Shown piece by piece: positions 61,642 to 64,000 of a stretch of 64,000 nt of DNA. Position numbers and translations under genes: made by a program. The notes under the pieces were generated by a model. It did not search any database, was not told where the DNA came from, and worked only from the letters and a program-made list of their open reading frames with translations. The stretch lies in contig JALSJP010000007.1 of NCBI GenBank assembly GCA_026989265.1, forward strand, positions 34,949 through 98,948. Reading direction: 5' to 3'. This stretch comes from Micavibrio sp. Its GTDB lineage: Bacteria > Pseudomonadota > Alphaproteobacteria > Micavibrionales > Micavibrionaceae. The stretch's first letter is position 1, and every line of letters starts with the position of its first letter.

Positions 61642-63597
61642 ATGGCTAAATCCCAAAAAAAGAAATCATCAGCAAAGAAAAAGAAGAAGCAAACAAAGTC
61701 ATTCTTTTGGAGTTTTTGCAGATGGATATTAATTTTAGGGCTATGGTCAGGGATATTTTTAGCTGGAGTTATTTTGTGGTTTGCCAAAGACCTGCCCGAT
61801 ATTACGCAGTCCGCCACTTTTGAGCGCCGCTCCTCCATAATTGTAAAAGCCTCAAACGGAGATATTATTGCAAGATATGGCGAAAGCAAGGGCGCAAACA
61901 TCCATGTGGATGAGCTGCCCGCTAATCTAACCAACGCTGTATTAGCCACAGAAGATCGGCGTTTTTACAGCCATATAGGCATAGACATACTAGGCATAAG
62001 TCGCGCCATGCTAATAAATATAAGTAAAGGCAGGTTTGTTCAGGGTGGCTCTACAATAACTCAACAACTTGCCAAAAACCTATTCCTAACGCATGAACGC
62101 AAAATATCACGCAAAATAAAAGAAGCATTACTAGCTTTATGGCTGGAAAATGAGCTTAGCAAGGATGAAATCCTAAGCGCATACATGAACCGCGTATATT
62201 TAGGATCAGGGACATATGGCTTTGAAGCCGCAGCGCAGCTATATTTTGGTAAATCCGCACGCAATGTGAATTTACGCGAATCTGCTATTCTTGCGGGATT
62301 GCTAAAAGCTCCGTCAAGATATTCCCCGCATAATAATATAGAGCTAGCTACTAAACGCTCCGATATAGTGCTTAACTCTATGATCGCAGCTAAATATATT
62401 GATAAAAGCGATATGACAAAAGCTAATATGTCGATATCTCTGCCTAATAAGAAATCAAAATCAGAGCAAAATATCCGTTATTTCACTGATTGGGTGATTG
62501 ATGAAATAGATGATCTTATCGGCAGACCTGATATGGATTTAGTAATAAAAACAACATTAGATGCCAGCTTACAAAAACATGCTCAAAACACTTTGAAAAA
62601 TGCGATAGATAACGCGAATGACGATAGATATATGCATCAAGGAGCAGTGCTTAGCATGAAGCCTGATGGAGCAGTTATAGTCATGATCGGAGGCTATAAC
62701 TACGGTGTTAGCCAGTTTAACAGAACTACGCAGGCAAGGCGCGCAGTGGGCTCAGCATTTAAACCGATATTATATCTATCTGCCCTTGAAAAAGGTTGGA
62801 AACCGCGGAGCAAAATATTGGATGCTCCCATTACAAAAGGAAGCTATCGCCCCAAGAATTTTGCTGGCAAATATTACGGTCGAGTAAGCCTTGAGATGGC
62901 TCTAACCAAATCCATGAATACCGCTAGTGTGCGCCTAGCAAAAGATATAGGCATATCCAGCGTCATAAAAACCGCCAAAAAGCTTGGCATTACCTCTAAA
63001 TTATCGCATGACCTTAGCCTTGCATTAGGAAGCTCTGGCATATCAATGATGGAAATGGCAAATGCTTATGCCATATTGGCTAATGGCGGATACCGAGTAT
63101 TTCCCTATGCAATAACTCGAATTACAAGCAAGGATGGGCGCATTTTATATGAAAGGAAAAAACCTAGTTCATATCAATCAATAGTGCGCCCTAAATACGT
63201 GCGCAACATATCAGATATGATGGAAAATGTAATTAATGAAGGTACGGGAAGAGCCGCAAAACTCCCCTTCCCTGCCTCTGGAAAAACAGGCACATCACAA
63301 GATAATCGCGATGCGTGGTTTGTTGGATATACCGATAAAATGGTGTCTGTTATCTGGCTTGGCAATGATGATAACAGCCCCATGCGCGGCGTTACTGGTG
63401 GTTCTATTCCCGCTAAAATATGGCGTGATATTATGCTCTATGGCAATGATAAACAGGTCTCAAATATATTTAACAGTAGCAAAACCAGCCATGGTAATAA
63501 TGGCGGAATATCTGGATTATTAGGGCGGTTATTGTCTAATGATAACGCTCCTAACAAGCCAAAACCAAGAAATGATTATTCTAATTTGAATGATTAA
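61642..63597 (+). CDS. Class A penicillin-binding protein (GT51 transglycosylase plus transpeptidase)
   Basis: EDRRFYSHIGID and GGSTITQQLAKN (GT51); SAFKP, SMN and KTGTS transpeptidase motifs. Start taken at MAKSQKKK (61642). Confidence 0.9.
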   Translation: MAKSQKKKSSAKKKKKQTKSFFWSFCRWILILGLWSGIFLAGVILWFAKDLPDITQSATFERRSSIIVKASNGDIIARYGESKGANIHVDELPANLTNAVLATEDRRFYSHIGIDILGISRAMLINISKGRFVQGGSTITQQLAKNLFLTHERKISRKIKEALLALWLENELSKDEILSAYMNRVYLGSGTYGFEAAAQLYFGKSARNVNLRESAILAGLLKAPSRYSPHNNIELATKRSDIVLNSMIAAKYIDKSDMTKANMSISLPNKKSKSEQNIRYFTDWVIDEIDDLIGRPDMDLVIKTTLDASLQKHAQNTLKNAIDNANDDRYMHQGAVLSMKPDGAVIVMIGGYNYGVSQFNRTTQARRAVGSAFKPILYLSALEKGWKPRSKILDAPITKGSYRPKNFAGKYYGRVSLEMALTKSMNTASVRLAKDIGISSVIKTAKKLGITSKLSHDLSLALGSSGISMMEMANAYAILANGGYRVFPYAITRITSKDGRILYERKKPSSYQSIVRPKYVRNISDMMENVINEGTGRAAKLPFPASGKTGTSQDNRDAWFVGYTDKMVSVIWLGNDDNSPMRGVTGGSIPAKIWRDIMLYGNDKQVSNIFNSSKTSHGNNGGISGLLGRLLSNDNAPNKPKPRNDYSNLND

Positions 63598-63607
63598 GTT
63601 TTAACGA

Positions 63608-64000
63608 TTAAACCAGCTCTTCAACAATAGAATGAACATGGCGGAAAGAAATTAGTTTTAGCTGCTTATTACTAACCACAGACCATATAGACGCTAGATT
63701 TTGCAAAGCCTTGCTTGGTGCGCCCATTTCAAAATCATTTCGCAGCAATGCCCTATCCACATAATCAAGAAATTCCATCGGAAAAGCAATCCTTGGGGCT
63801 AACAGACCCATTTCGACAAGCTCTTTAGCAATATATGCATCACTGAAATCCATCATATCCGCACTAAACTGGATTGCAGACAAGACCTTAATCTCCATGC
63901 GGCTAATTGGAACATGGCGCATATGCCCGATAAAGCGCGAGTAAATCTCCTGCTGCTCAGCCGTCGCATTATCATTTTTTAAGTAAGGTAGAGTGATTTT
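63608..64000 (-). CDS. Partial CDS (C-terminal part; continues beyond the window), unknown product
   Basis: The frame upstream of Met 63922 stays open to position 64000 (..KITLPYLKNDNATAEQQEIYSRFIGHMRHV..). No motif recognised. Confidence 0.5.
   Translation of the reverse strand, partial: KITLPYLKNDNATAEQQEIYSRFIGHMRHVPISRMEIKVLSAIQFSADMMDFSDAYIAKELVEMGLLAPRIAFPMEFLDYVDRALLRNDFEMGAPSKALQNLASIWSVVSNKQLKLISFRHVHSIVEELV

Overview
AT-rich bacterial chromosome segment. Its conserved gene order looks alphaproteobacterial: dapF-mtaB-ftsY; ffh-rpsP-rimM-trmD-rplS-leuC; yqeY/carA..carB-greA; yajC-secD-secF plus an Mth938/NDUFAF3-like gene; serS..pcm-nlpD; dnaG-rpoD. That taxonomic placement is an inference. 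All calls come from reading motifs in the supplied ORF translations and hand-folding DNA; no database search was run. About 60 CDSs are supported, plus one tRNA-Leu, five hairpin terminators, one IS630-type transposase relic and one REP-like palindrome. No CRISPR array or rRNA was seen. The main accessory block is a 15-kb run of 15 minus-strand genes (15938-31176) encoding a complete type IV pilus machine: PilB/MshE-like and PilT/PilU ATPases, a PilC platform, PilD, a lipoprotein secretin, a TPR protein, a single pilin and three PilM/N/O/P-like proteins. A split ABC transporter is embedded in it. The PilC-like gene has a conserved N-terminus with no ATG/GTG/TTG start. Other points worth a second look: a tRNA-Leu whose anticodon loop reads AAG; a beta-carbonic anhydrase start/stop-coupled to carA and lying between carA and carB; and a leu operon interrupted by a degenerate HD-GYP protein, a HupE pair and an FkbM methyltransferase. 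Two orphan regions also stand out: 53.7-56.4 kb, with a near-consensus Fur box in its divergent promoter, and a 474-aa orphan at 43.9-45.4 kb. Nothing here can be shown to be a new system from sequence alone. The pilus/ABC locus and the Fur-box orphan cluster are the best candidates.
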